From positions 64,001-128,000 of the forward strand of contig CAVPOM010000009.1 in the NCBI GenBank assembly GCA_963707025.1: a DNA stretch of 64,000 bases, written 5' to 3'. The position numbers were made by a program, and so were the translations under genes. How positions within the stretch are numbered: position 1 is the first letter of the stretch; every line of letters starts with the position of its first letter. Below the pieces are notes generated by a model. It saw nothing but the letters and a program-made list of their open reading frames with translations. It did not search any database and was not told where the DNA came from. Source of the DNA: an uncultured Verrucomicrobiae bacterium (GTDB lineage Bacteria; Verrucomicrobiota; Verrucomicrobiia; Limisphaerales; Palsa-1400). This document shows, in pieces, positions 20,306-28,544 of this stretch.

Positions 20306-20791
20306 ATGAGTTTTTCCATCCCAAAAGACCTGGAGGCCGAGTTGGACGAACTGGTCACGCATTATCCGCAGAAGCGGAGCGCCTCGCTCATGTTCCTCCA
20401 CGCCATCCAGGAGCGATTCGGCTGCGTCACGCCCGAGGCGATGGAGTGGACCGCCAAGAAACTCGATCTGGAACCGATCAACATTTATGAAGTGGTCACC
20501 TTTTATCCCATGTTCCGGCAGGAGCCGGCGGGCAAATACCAGATCAAAGTTTGCCGCACCTTGAGTTGCGCCCTGGGCGGGAGCCACGAACTGCGCGATT
20601 ATTTCTGCAAGAAACTGGGTTTGGATCCGTCCGAACACGGCCCGCAAACCACCCAGGACGGCAAATTCAGCGTGGAATTTGTCGAATGCCTGGCCAGTTG
20701 CGGCACCGCCCCGGTGGTGATGGTCAACGAAGCATTCCACGAAGGGGTGACGGCGGAGAAGGCGGATCAATTGCTCGCCCAATGCCAATGA
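20306..20791 (+). CDS. nuoE: NADH-quinone oxidoreductase subunit E
   Basis: VTFYPMF, CRTLSC and ECLASCGTAP (2Fe-2S ligands). Confidence 0.95.
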   Translation: MSFSIPKDLEAELDELVTHYPQKRSASLMFLHAIQERFGCVTPEAMEWTAKKLDLEPINIYEVVTFYPMFRQEPAGKYQIKVCRTLSCALGGSHELRDYFCKKLGLDPSEHGPQTTQDGKFSVEFVECLASCGTAPVVMVNEAFHEGVTAEKADQLLAQCQ

Positions 20792-20819
20792 TTTTGACGA
20801 ATGGCAACAAAAGACAAAC

Positions 20820-21017
20820 ATGAAGACAACCCTGAAAGACTGGCCGGAAGTATTCGACCGGATAAAGCGGGTGCGCGGCCTGGACGAAAGCGAAAAGGTG
20901 CTTTACGCGCGAAGCCTGGCGGCAACTCCCACGGAACGCTGGCACATGAACGAAATTTATCTCCGCTCGCTCGGCTTATGGGGGCGCTCGGCACTGGAAA
21001 AATTAAATTCCAATTGA
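20820..21017 (+). CDS. Small hypothetical protein, probable partner of the downstream nucleotidyltransferase
   Basis: 65 aa containing SLAATPTERW; overlaps the NTase ORF. Confidence 0.6.
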   Translation: MKTTLKDWPEVFDRIKRVRGLDESEKVLYARSLAATPTERWHMNEIYLRSLGLWGRSALEKLNSN

Positions 21018-21400
21018 TTGGTATGTCAGCCGCGGTCCTCCAAGGCGCTCCAGTGGGCACGATTGACGTGGATTTCTGGCTTGATTTGCCCGCGCGGCAG
21101 TACATGCGCGCGGTCAATGTGGCGCGATCTCTGGGTGCGACCATCCTCAGGAACACCGTCGTCGAGTTGACCGACGGCACGCTCGTGAATTTCATTTTTG
21201 AAGTGACCGGCTTGAAGAGTTTTTCCGTCGAATTCCGCAAGGCGAAGCGGCTGGATTTTCATGGAATGCGCGTTCCGGTCATGCCGCTGGAATCCATCCG
21301 GCGCAGCAAGGCCGCGGTGATGCGCCCGAAAGACCCGGCCCATATCTTTTACATTGACGAAACGTTGCGCTTGCTCCGGGCGAAAAAGGGGAGAAAGTGA
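20978..21400 (+). CDS. Nucleotidyltransferase-fold protein (AbiEii/DUF6036-like); start uncertain
   Basis: LIGMSAAVLQG...TIDVDFW and C-terminal SK..VMRPKD motifs. Confidence 0.7.
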   Translation: MGALGTGKIKFQLIGMSAAVLQGAPVGTIDVDFWLDLPARQYMRAVNVARSLGATILRNTVVELTDGTLVNFIFEVTGLKSFSVEFRKAKRLDFHGMRVPVMPLESIRRSKAAVMRPKDPAHIFYIDETLRLLRAKKGRK

Positions 21401-21452
21401 ACAGAAGCTTATGTCGCTCGCAATTCCCAAATCGAATGTGAAAAATGCGGAG

Positions 21453-21526
21453 TGGCTGCCCGACATGGATTTGAACCATGACAAACAGATCCAGAGTCTG
21501 CTGTGCTACCGTTACACCATCGGGCA
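21453..21526 (-). tRNA. tRNA-Gln (anticodon CTG)
   Basis: TGCCCGA/TCGGGCA acceptor stem, GCAGA-CTCTGGA-TCTGT anticodon arm, GGTTCAAATCC T-arm, encoded CCA. Confidence 0.96.
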
Positions 21527-21539
21527 AGGCAACCTTGTG

Positions 21540-21567
21540 AAATTAAATCATTTAAAATCAGAGTCAA
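21540..21567 (-). promoter_or_regulatory. Sigma70-like promoter of tRNA-Gln
   Basis: TTGACT-N16-TAATTT in an AT-rich patch just upstream of the tRNA. Confidence 0.6.
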
Positions 21568-21642
21568 GGATTTGCGGCAGCGCCGCTAACCCAATCCGCC
21601 CTCCTCTGCGGCCAAGCTGCCAAGGAGGGTAAACCATCCGCC

Positions 21643-23082
21643 ATGGACGCCCCCATGCCCCAGCAATACCGCCTCATTCTAAAAAACGTGGATGCGCCGG
21701 GCTACACGCCGGACTTGGACTGCTATGTGCGCCACGGCGGCTATGAGGTGCTGAAAAAGGCCCTGGCCTTGCCGCCCAGGGATTTGCCCGGCGGCAAAAA
21801 AATCTCCCCCCAGGAACAGCTCCGCGATGAGGTCAAGGCCTCCGGCCTGCGCGGTCGCGGCGGCGCCGGTTTCTCCTGCGGGCTGAAGTGGTCCTTCGTG
21901 GACCACGCTTGCGGCAAGCCTGTTTACCTGATCTGCAACGCCGACGAGTCCGAGCCGGGCACGTTCAAGGACCGCCAGATCATCTACAAGGACCCGCACC
22001 AGTTGCTGGAAGGCATGATCCTCTCCTGTTACGCCAATGATGTCCATCTGGCCTACATCTATATCCGCGGCGAAATGCCCGACGGGGCGCGCCTGCTCAA
22101 AACCGCGCTGGCCGAAGCGCGCGCCAAAAATTTCCTGGGCCAAAACATCCTCGGCCGCGGCTATGATTTGGAGATTTACATCCACCGCGGCGCGGGCGCC
22201 TACATCTGCGGCGAGGAAACCGGCCTGATCGAATCGCTCGAAGGCAAACGCGCCTATCCCCGCATCAAACCGCCCTACTTCCCGGCCATCCTCGGCCTTT
22301 ACCTGTGCCCCACCATTGTCAATAATGTGGAAACCCTCGCCGCTGTCAAACACATCATCCAAATGGGCGGCGCCGCCTACGCCAAGCTCGGCGCCCCCAA
22401 CAACACGGGCACCCGCATCGTCAGCATCAGCGGCCATGTCCGGCAGCCCGGCTATTACGAAATCGAAGTGGGCAAGGCCACCCTGGGCGAATTGATTTTC
22501 CACGAGAATTTCGGCGGCGGCCTGCGCGAGGGGCGCAAACTCAAGGCCGTCATCCCCGGCGGCTCCTCCGCCAAGGTTTTCAAGGCGGGCGAAAAATTCA
22601 AGCTCAAGAAGAAAGCCGCCGACGGCCAGACGGCCGCGGTGGAGGTGGACCTGCTGGACCTGCCCTACGATTTCGATTCCCTGCAATACGCGGGCAGCAT
22701 GTCCGGCTCAGGCGCGATCATTGTCATGGATGATTCGACCGACATGGTGGCGGCTTTGGCCAACATCGCCGACTTTTACGCGCACGAAAGCTGCGGCCAA
22801 TGCACGCCTTGCCGCGAAGGCTCGCTCTGGCTGAGCAAGGCCCTGCACCGCCTGAGGCACGGCGGCGGCCGCCCGCAGGACGCCGCCGACCTTTTGCACA
22901 TCGCCCAAAACATCCAGGGCCGCACCATCTGCGCCTTTGGCGAGGCCTGCGCCTGGCCGGTGTTGAGTTTCGTCAACAAATTCCGCGATGAGTTTGACGC
23001 CTGCGCCGCCGCCGGCCAAAAGCAGAGCGGGGGCGGAGGCGCGGCGGCCAACATGAAAATTGCCGCCAGCCCGCAATCGTGA
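21643..23082 (+). CDS. nuoF: NADH-quinone oxidoreductase subunit F
   Basis: SGLRGRGGAGF, NADESEPGTFKDR, GAGAYICGEET and ESCGQCTPCREG. Confidence 0.97.
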   Translation: MDAPMPQQYRLILKNVDAPGYTPDLDCYVRHGGYEVLKKALALPPRDLPGGKKISPQEQLRDEVKASGLRGRGGAGFSCGLKWSFVDHACGKPVYLICNADESEPGTFKDRQIIYKDPHQLLEGMILSCYANDVHLAYIYIRGEMPDGARLLKTALAEARAKNFLGQNILGRGYDLEIYIHRGAGAYICGEETGLIESLEGKRAYPRIKPPYFPAILGLYLCPTIVNNVETLAAVKHIIQMGGAAYAKLGAPNNTGTRIVSISGHVRQPGYYEIEVGKATLGELIFHENFGGGLREGRKLKAVIPGGSSAKVFKAGEKFKLKKKAADGQTAAVEVDLLDLPYDFDSLQYAGSMSGSGAIIVMDDSTDMVAALANIADFYAHESCGQCTPCREGSLWLSKALHRLRHGGGRPQDAADLLHIAQNIQGRTICAFGEACAWPVLSFVNKFRDEFDACAAAGQKQSGGGGAAANMKIAASPQS

Positions 23083-23086
23083 CATC

Positions 23087-23848
23087 ATGGCCCAAAACGG
23101 ATCGTCTATGAGCACCGCAAGCATAAGCAATAAGAAGCCGATCCGTGGTAGGGCGGGCAGTCCTCTGCGTTGCTCCCCCGTGCCGCGTTTGCTCAACGGC
23201 GACCATCTGACCGTGCCTGAGTTTGAACGCCGCTACGAAGCGACGCCGGATAAGGCCAAAGTGGAATTGATCGAAAGAATTGTTATGATGTCTCCACCCC
23301 TCAGCAGCGATCACGGCAAGGCTAACAGCCTCCTTGTTGCGCTTTTGTGGCAGTATGCGGCAGCCACGCCAGGAGTGGCTTGCGCTGTCAATGCTTCTTT
23401 GCGGTTGGATGGCTTTAATGAGTACCAACCGGACGCGCTTCTCTGGATTGAAAAGGAGAATCTAGCCCAAGCGAGGGCCGGTCCCGATGGAATTTTGGAA
23501 GGCCGCCCCGAATTGGTGGCGGAAATTGCCCTGAGCAGCCGCACTTTCGACTTGCATGAGAAAAAGAGCGTCTATCAACGGAATCTGATACCGGAGTATA
23601 TCGTCTGGGAAATGATGGATAAGCCGCGGTTCCACTGGTTCGCTCTGGACAACGGAGAATATGTTTCTACGGTGCAGCGTAAATTGCACGGCTTAGTTCT
23701 TTGCAGCCGCGTTTTTCCTGGCTTGTGGTTGGATTGGCCGTCCCTTTTGGTGGGCAGGGGTTTGGACAAAGGGGTATTTCGCACCCTCAACAGAGGACTG
23801 AAGAGCGACGAACACCGGGCGTTTGTCAAACATCTGCATTGTGAATGA
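23087..23848 (+). CDS. Uma2-family endonuclease (DUF820); start uncertain
   Basis: GDHLT..EFERRY, KVELIE, YQPDA, PELVAEIA.SS and IPEYIVW. Confidence 0.88.
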   Translation: MAQNGSSMSTASISNKKPIRGRAGSPLRCSPVPRLLNGDHLTVPEFERRYEATPDKAKVELIERIVMMSPPLSSDHGKANSLLVALLWQYAAATPGVACAVNASLRLDGFNEYQPDALLWIEKENLAQARAGPDGILEGRPELVAEIALSSRTFDLHEKKSVYQRNLIPEYIVWEMMDKPRFHWFALDNGEYVSTVQRKLHGLVLCSRVFPGLWLDWPSLLVGRGLDKGVFRTLNRGLKSDEHRAFVKHLHCE

Positions 23849-23872
23849 TGGAAGGAGAGACCAGAATGCTTT

Positions 23873-24103
23873 ATGAGCACAACAGCACAGAAAGTTTGCA
23901 TTGAAGCGTTGAGCCTGCCGCAAAAGTCACGCGCGGAAATCGCAGAGAGGCTCTTGTCGAGTCTCGATGAAAAAATGGATGCCGGCTCGGAGCGCGCCTG
24001 GAAGCTGGAGATACGCCGGCGCCAGCGCGAAATACGCGAAGGCAAAACAAAGCTGCGCCCCGCGAGTGAGGTGATGCGCTCGGCCCTCCGCGCCATTTCA
24101 TGA
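23873..24103 (+). CDS. Addiction-module antitoxin (TIGR02574-like)
   Basis: EALSLP..RAEIAERLLSSLD...AW..EIRRR; ATGA overlap with the toxin gene. Confidence 0.85.
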   Translation: MSTTAQKVCIEALSLPQKSRAEIAERLLSSLDEKMDAGSERAWKLEIRRRQREIREGKTKLRPASEVMRSALRAIS

Positions 24104-24396
24104 ACCCCGCGGCCTATCATTGCGATGCCGATGTTGAACTCGTCTCCACTGCAAAATTCTATGAGTGCCAGCGCGAACATCTGGGGCGGGAATTTCTTCA
24201 CGCCGTTTATTTGGCGCTGTCGAAAGTCCAGGCGAATCCCGAACAGTTCCCGTTTTACGACCGTCCCGCGCGAGCCTGCCGCGTTCGAGGATTTCCTTAC
24301 CGGCTGGTTTATGAAACTGTGCCGGAAGGAATTCACGTTCTTGCCGTTATGCACATGAGCCGTGGCCCGGGATATTGGAAGAACCGATTGAGCTAA
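24100..24396 (+). CDS. RelE/ParE-family toxin
   Basis: FYE...LG.EF, FPYRLVY and LAVMHMSR.PGYW. Confidence 0.88.
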   Translation: MNPAAYHCDADVELVSTAKFYECQREHLGREFLHAVYLALSKVQANPEQFPFYDRPARACRVRGFPYRLVYETVPEGIHVLAVMHMSRGPGYWKNRLS

Positions 24397-24397
24397 A

Positions 24398-26122
24398 ATG
24401 TCAACGACAACAACAAGCGAACCCAAACCTGCCCCGCCTCCGGTGGAGAAGATCAAGATCAAGGTGGACGGGCGGGAGATCGAGGCGCCGAAAACCATGC
24501 CGGACTGGCAGGGCAAACCGCAGGCCACCACCATGCTGCAGGCCTGCGCCCTGGCCGGGGTGGACGTTCCCCACTATTGCTATCATCCCAAACTGCCCAT
24601 CGCCGGCAACTGCCGCATGTGCCTGGTTGAATTCGGCACCCCCGCCCTCGGCCCCGACCGCAAGCCTCTCCTCAACCCCGACGGCACGCCCAAGATCATC
24701 CGTTCGGTTTTGCCTTACGAACCCGGCACCCCGCGCGGCGCCATCGCCTGCGCCACGCCCATCTCGCCGGGCATGGAAATTTATCCCGGTTCGCCCGCCA
24801 CCAAACAGATGCGCGAGGCCGTGCTCGAATCCCTGCTCATCAATCATCCTCTGGACTGTCCGATTTGCGACCAGGCGGGCGAATGCAAATTGCAGGAGTA
24901 CTCGGTGCAATACGGCCAGGCCGCCAGCCGTTTTGTCGAGGAAAAGGTCCACAAGCCCAAACAGGTTGACCTCGGCCCGCGCATTGTGCTGGACGATGAG
25001 CGCTGCATCCTCTGCTCCCGCTGCATTCGCTTCAGCCGCGACATTGCCGGAGACGACGCCCTGGGTTTCAGCCAACGGGGCAGCCACAGCACGCTCACCC
25101 GCTGGCCCGGCAAAAAATTTGACAACAATTACACGCTCAACACGGTGGATATTTGTCCGGTCGGCGCCCTGACCTCCAAGGATTTTCGCTTTCAAATGCG
25201 CGTCTGGTTCCTCAAGGAAAGCAAAAGCGTCTGCACCAGTTGCGCCACCGGCTGCAACATCGTCATCGGCTCGCGCGAGGACAAAGTCTATCGCTACGAA
25301 CCGCGCGAGAACGAGGCCGTCAACTCCTGCTGGATGTGCGACCACGGCCGGCTCAATTACAAATGGATCAACCGCGAGGACCGGCTCACCCGGGTGCAGG
25401 GCGCCAAATTTGCAGCCGGGGCGCCCGAAAATGCCTGGCCGGAGGCGCTGCACAAGATCGGAAATCTTTTGGCCGGCGCGCCCGCCGGGTCCGCCGCCAT
25501 CATCGCTTCCGCCCGGCAAACCAACGAGGAACTTTATCTGTTGCGAAAACTTGCCGCCAAACTCGGCGCCCTCACCGACTCGGTGCCGCGCGCGGGCGAA
25601 GCGGACGCCCTGTTGCTCAACGCCGACCGCAATCCCAACAGCGCCGGGGCCAGATTGACGGGAATTGCGCCCTCGCCCATGGGCGGCAACCTCCCGAAAA
25701 TCGCCGCCGGCATTCGGGACGGGAGCATCAAGACCTTGCTTGTCATCGGGGAAGATGTTACCCAGCATGGCATCGGCGCGGATTTGCTGGACCGGCTGGA
25801 GACGCTCATTGTCAGCGACATCCTGCCCAACGCCACCACCGGGCGGGCGCATTTTTTGTTGCCCGGCTGCGCCCACGCGGAAAAGCGCGGAAGCTTTGTC
25901 AACGCCAAAGGGCGGGTGCAACGGTTCCAGCAGAACATCCAGCCCAGGGGTCAGGCGCGCGCCGAATGGGAATTCCTGCACGAACTGGCCCGCGGCCTGT
26001 GCGGGTTGGAAGGCGTCACCGGGATGGAGGGCCTTTTCAATCAAATGGCCGCCGAAGTCCCGGCCTTCCGCGGCCTGACCTGGGCCGCGCTGGGTGACCT
26101 GGGCGTGGACGTGCCCATATAA
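24398..26122 (+). CDS. nuoG: NADH-quinone oxidoreductase subunit G (short form)
   Basis: PHYCYH, GNCRMC, NHPLDCPICDQAGEC, RCILCSRC and CTSCATGC. Confidence 0.95.
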   Translation: MSTTTTSEPKPAPPPVEKIKIKVDGREIEAPKTMPDWQGKPQATTMLQACALAGVDVPHYCYHPKLPIAGNCRMCLVEFGTPALGPDRKPLLNPDGTPKIIRSVLPYEPGTPRGAIACATPISPGMEIYPGSPATKQMREAVLESLLINHPLDCPICDQAGECKLQEYSVQYGQAASRFVEEKVHKPKQVDLGPRIVLDDERCILCSRCIRFSRDIAGDDALGFSQRGSHSTLTRWPGKKFDNNYTLNTVDICPVGALTSKDFRFQMRVWFLKESKSVCTSCATGCNIVIGSREDKVYRYEPRENEAVNSCWMCDHGRLNYKWINREDRLTRVQGAKFAAGAPENAWPEALHKIGNLLAGAPAGSAAIIASARQTNEELYLLRKLAAKLGALTDSVPRAGEADALLLNADRNPNSAGARLTGIAPSPMGGNLPKIAAGIRDGSIKTLLVIGEDVTQHGIGADLLDRLETLIVSDILPNATTGRAHFLLPGCAHAEKRGSFVNAKGRVQRFQQNIQPRGQARAEWEFLHELARGLCGLEGVTGMEGLFNQMAAEVPAFRGLTWAALGDLGVDVPI

Positions 26123-26138
26123 CATTTTGAAATGACGT

Positions 26139-27213
26139 GTGATTAACTGGATAAACAATCTAAAGCCAGATCAGCAATTTGTCCTGTTCAGCGCCCTCAA
26201 GGTGGTGGGCGCTTTTTGTGTGGTGATGCCCTTCGTCGCCTACGCCGTCCTGGCGGAACGAAAAATCTCCGCCTTCATTCAAGACCGTCATGGACCCAAT
26301 CGGGTCGGGTGGTTCGGCGTTTTACAGCCGGTGGCCGACGGGGTCAAAGCCTTTCTCAAGGAGGATTTTACCCCCGGCCACGTCCGCAAGGCCTATTTCT
26401 GGCTGGCCCCGATGATCGTGATGATTCCCTCCCTGCTGGTCCTGGCGGTGATTCCTTTCGGCTCGAGGATCGGAGGCCAAAAGATGGTCATCGCCGACTT
26501 GAACGTGGGCATACTTTATACCTTTGGCATAGTTTCGCTGGGGGTTTATGGAATTGTCCTGGCCGGCTATGCGTCCAATTCCAAGTATCCGTTTCTGGGG
26601 GGAATTCGTTCCAGCGCCCAGATGATCTCCTACGAGATCGCCATGGGCATGTCCGTCGTGCCGGTGTTTTTGTGGGTGGGCGATTTGAACCTGAGCCAGG
26701 TCGTTCTCTACCAGGCCAACCACGGCTGGATGGGCTGGATGATCTGGCGCGCCCCGTTGTCTTTCGTGATTTTCCTGATCGCCTCCTTCGCCGAAACCAA
26801 CCGGCTGCCCTTTGACTTGCCGGAATCGGAGCAGGAACTGGTGGCCGGCTACAACACCGAGTACAGTTCGATGAAATTCGCGCTTTTCTTCATGGGCGAA
26901 TACGCGAACATGATCGCGGTTTCCTCCATGATGGTGACCTTGTTCCTGGGCGGCTGGTCGCTGCCGTTCGCCTGGCCTGAACCAGGCCGCCGGCCAATCG
27001 CAGATCCTTCTCGGCGTGCTCCACATTGCCGTTTTCCTGGCCAAAGTCGTGGTCTTGATGGGGATGTTTATCTGGGTGCGCTGGATGTGGCCCCGCTTCC
27101 GCTACGATCAGTTGATGAATTTGGGCTGGCGCGTCTTTATTCCGCTGGCGCTGGCCAACATTTTGGCCACAGCCGTCTGGCTCTGGTTCATGCAAATAAT
27201 GGGATGGAGTTGA
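26139..27213 (+). CDS. nuoH: NADH-quinone oxidoreductase subunit H; apparent frameshift at ~26970-26980
   Basis: ERKISA.IQDR.GPNRVG and AETNRLPFDLPE; the C-terminal PRFRYDQLM is in another frame (27016-27213). Confidence 0.93.
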
Positions 27214-27219
27214 AATAAA

Positions 27220-27723
27220 ATGATTGTCAAACGACCCAAGTTGAATTTTTTGGAGCGCCTCTACGTGCCGGCGGTGGTGGGCGGCCTCAAAGTCACCGCC
27301 AGCCACTTCTTCTTCAAAAAGAAAGTGACCCTGCAGTATCCGGAAGAAAAATGGACGGTGCCCGAAGGCTATCGCGGCGCGCCCTACCTGGTGAAGGACC
27401 CGGATGGCCGCACCAAATGCGTCTCCTGCCAGCTTTGCGAATTTGTCTGTCCGCCCAAGGCCATCCGCATCACCCCGCCCGGCCCGGCCGGTTCGCCGGA
27501 AGCGGGCAACGTGGAAAAAGCGCCCAAGGAATTCAAGATAGACATGCTCCGCTGCATTTTCTGCGGCTATTGCCAGGAGGTCTGCCCGGAGGAGGCCATC
27601 TTTCTGATGAAAGACTATTCCCTGACCGGCGAGAGCCGCGCGGAGATGGTCTATGACAAGGAAAAGCTGCTGGCCCTGGGCGGCGTCCATCAGGACCAAA
27701 TCTGGAAGTGGAAACACAAATAG
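27220..27723 (+). CDS. nuoI: NADH-quinone oxidoreductase subunit I
   Basis: Two CxxCxxCxxxCP motifs and TLQYPEEK. Confidence 0.96.
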   Translation: MIVKRPKLNFLERLYVPAVVGGLKVTASHFFFKKKVTLQYPEEKWTVPEGYRGAPYLVKDPDGRTKCVSCQLCEFVCPPKAIRITPPGPAGSPEAGNVEKAPKEFKIDMLRCIFCGYCQEVCPEEAIFLMKDYSLTGESRAEMVYDKEKLLALGGVHQDQIWKWKHK

Positions 27724-27725
27724 GA

Positions 27726-28232
27726 ATGAACCAGGACGTTTTCTTTTATATTTTTGCGGGGCTGACGCTTTTGTGCGGCGCGCTGGTCATTGCCAATCCG
27801 GTCAGCCGCAACCCCGTGACCAGCGCCATGTTTTTGGTCCTGACCATCGTTTCTCTGGCCGGTCTTTTTGTCCTCTTGCACGCCTTTTTCCTGGCGGCGG
27901 TGCAGGTGCTGGTCTATGCCGGGGCGGTCATAGTCCTGTTCCTGTTTGTCATCATGTTGCTGGACTTGAAGGAGGAGGAGCGGCGCCGGATCAAATGGAT
28001 CATGGCGGGTCTGGCGGTGTTGGCCGTCGGGGCCATGGGCGCCATCATGATTCGGACGATTCAACTGGCCCATCCCGCGGGCACGCTGGCCACGGTGCGC
28101 GCGGAGGGTTCGGCCGAGGCGCTGGGCCATCTGCTCTTCGCGGGGTTTGCCCTGCCGTTCGAACTGATGTCATTGCTCCTGCTGGTGGCGATGATCGGGG
28201 CGATCTTGCTCAGCAAAAAGGACCTGCGATGA
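27726..28232 (+). CDS. nuoJ: NADH-quinone oxidoreductase subunit J
   Basis: QVLVYAGAVIVLFLFVIMLL and PFELMSLLLL. Confidence 0.95.
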   Translation: MNQDVFFYIFAGLTLLCGALVIANPVSRNPVTSAMFLVLTIVSLAGLFVLLHAFFLAAVQVLVYAGAVIVLFLFVIMLLDLKEEERRRIKWIMAGLAVLAVGAMGAIMIRTIQLAHPAGTLATVRAEGSAEALGHLLFAGFALPFELMSLLLLVAMIGAILLSKKDLR

Positions 28233-28537
28233 GCGCCGTGGACCTGCCCCATTACCTGGTGGTGAGCGCGTTGCTCTTCTGCCTGGGCCTGCTTGGGGTC
28301 ATCGTGCGGCGCAACGTGCTCATCATCTACATGTCGCTGGAGCTGATGCTCAACGCCGGCAACCTGGCCCTGGTCGCCGCCTCCCGTTTCAACAATAATC
28401 TCAACGGCCAGATCATGGTCTTTTTTATCATCACGGTGGCGGCGGCGGAAGTCGCGGTGGGCCTGGCGCTGATTGTCGCCCTTTATCGCCGCCGGCAAAC
28501 CACGCATGTCGAGGATTTGACCACGCTGAAATTATAG
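28229..28537 (+). CDS. nuoK: NADH-quinone oxidoreductase subunit K
   Basis: MSLELMLN and VAAAEVAVGLA. Confidence 0.95.
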   Translation: MSAVDLPHYLVVSALLFCLGLLGVIVRRNVLIIYMSLELMLNAGNLALVAASRFNNNLNGQIMVFFIITVAAAEVAVGLALIVALYRRRQTTHVEDLTTLKL

Positions 28538-28544
28538 CACTGAA

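Noticed and set aside
18490..24400. Target-site duplications flanking the nuo inserts
   Set aside because: Only 4-5 nt matches (ATGG, ATGCC) were found at the junctions, which is not distinguishable from chance.
26970..27218. nuoH as a true pseudogene or split gene
   Set aside because: All other subunits are intact and similar indels occur throughout the window, so an assembly error is more parsimonious.
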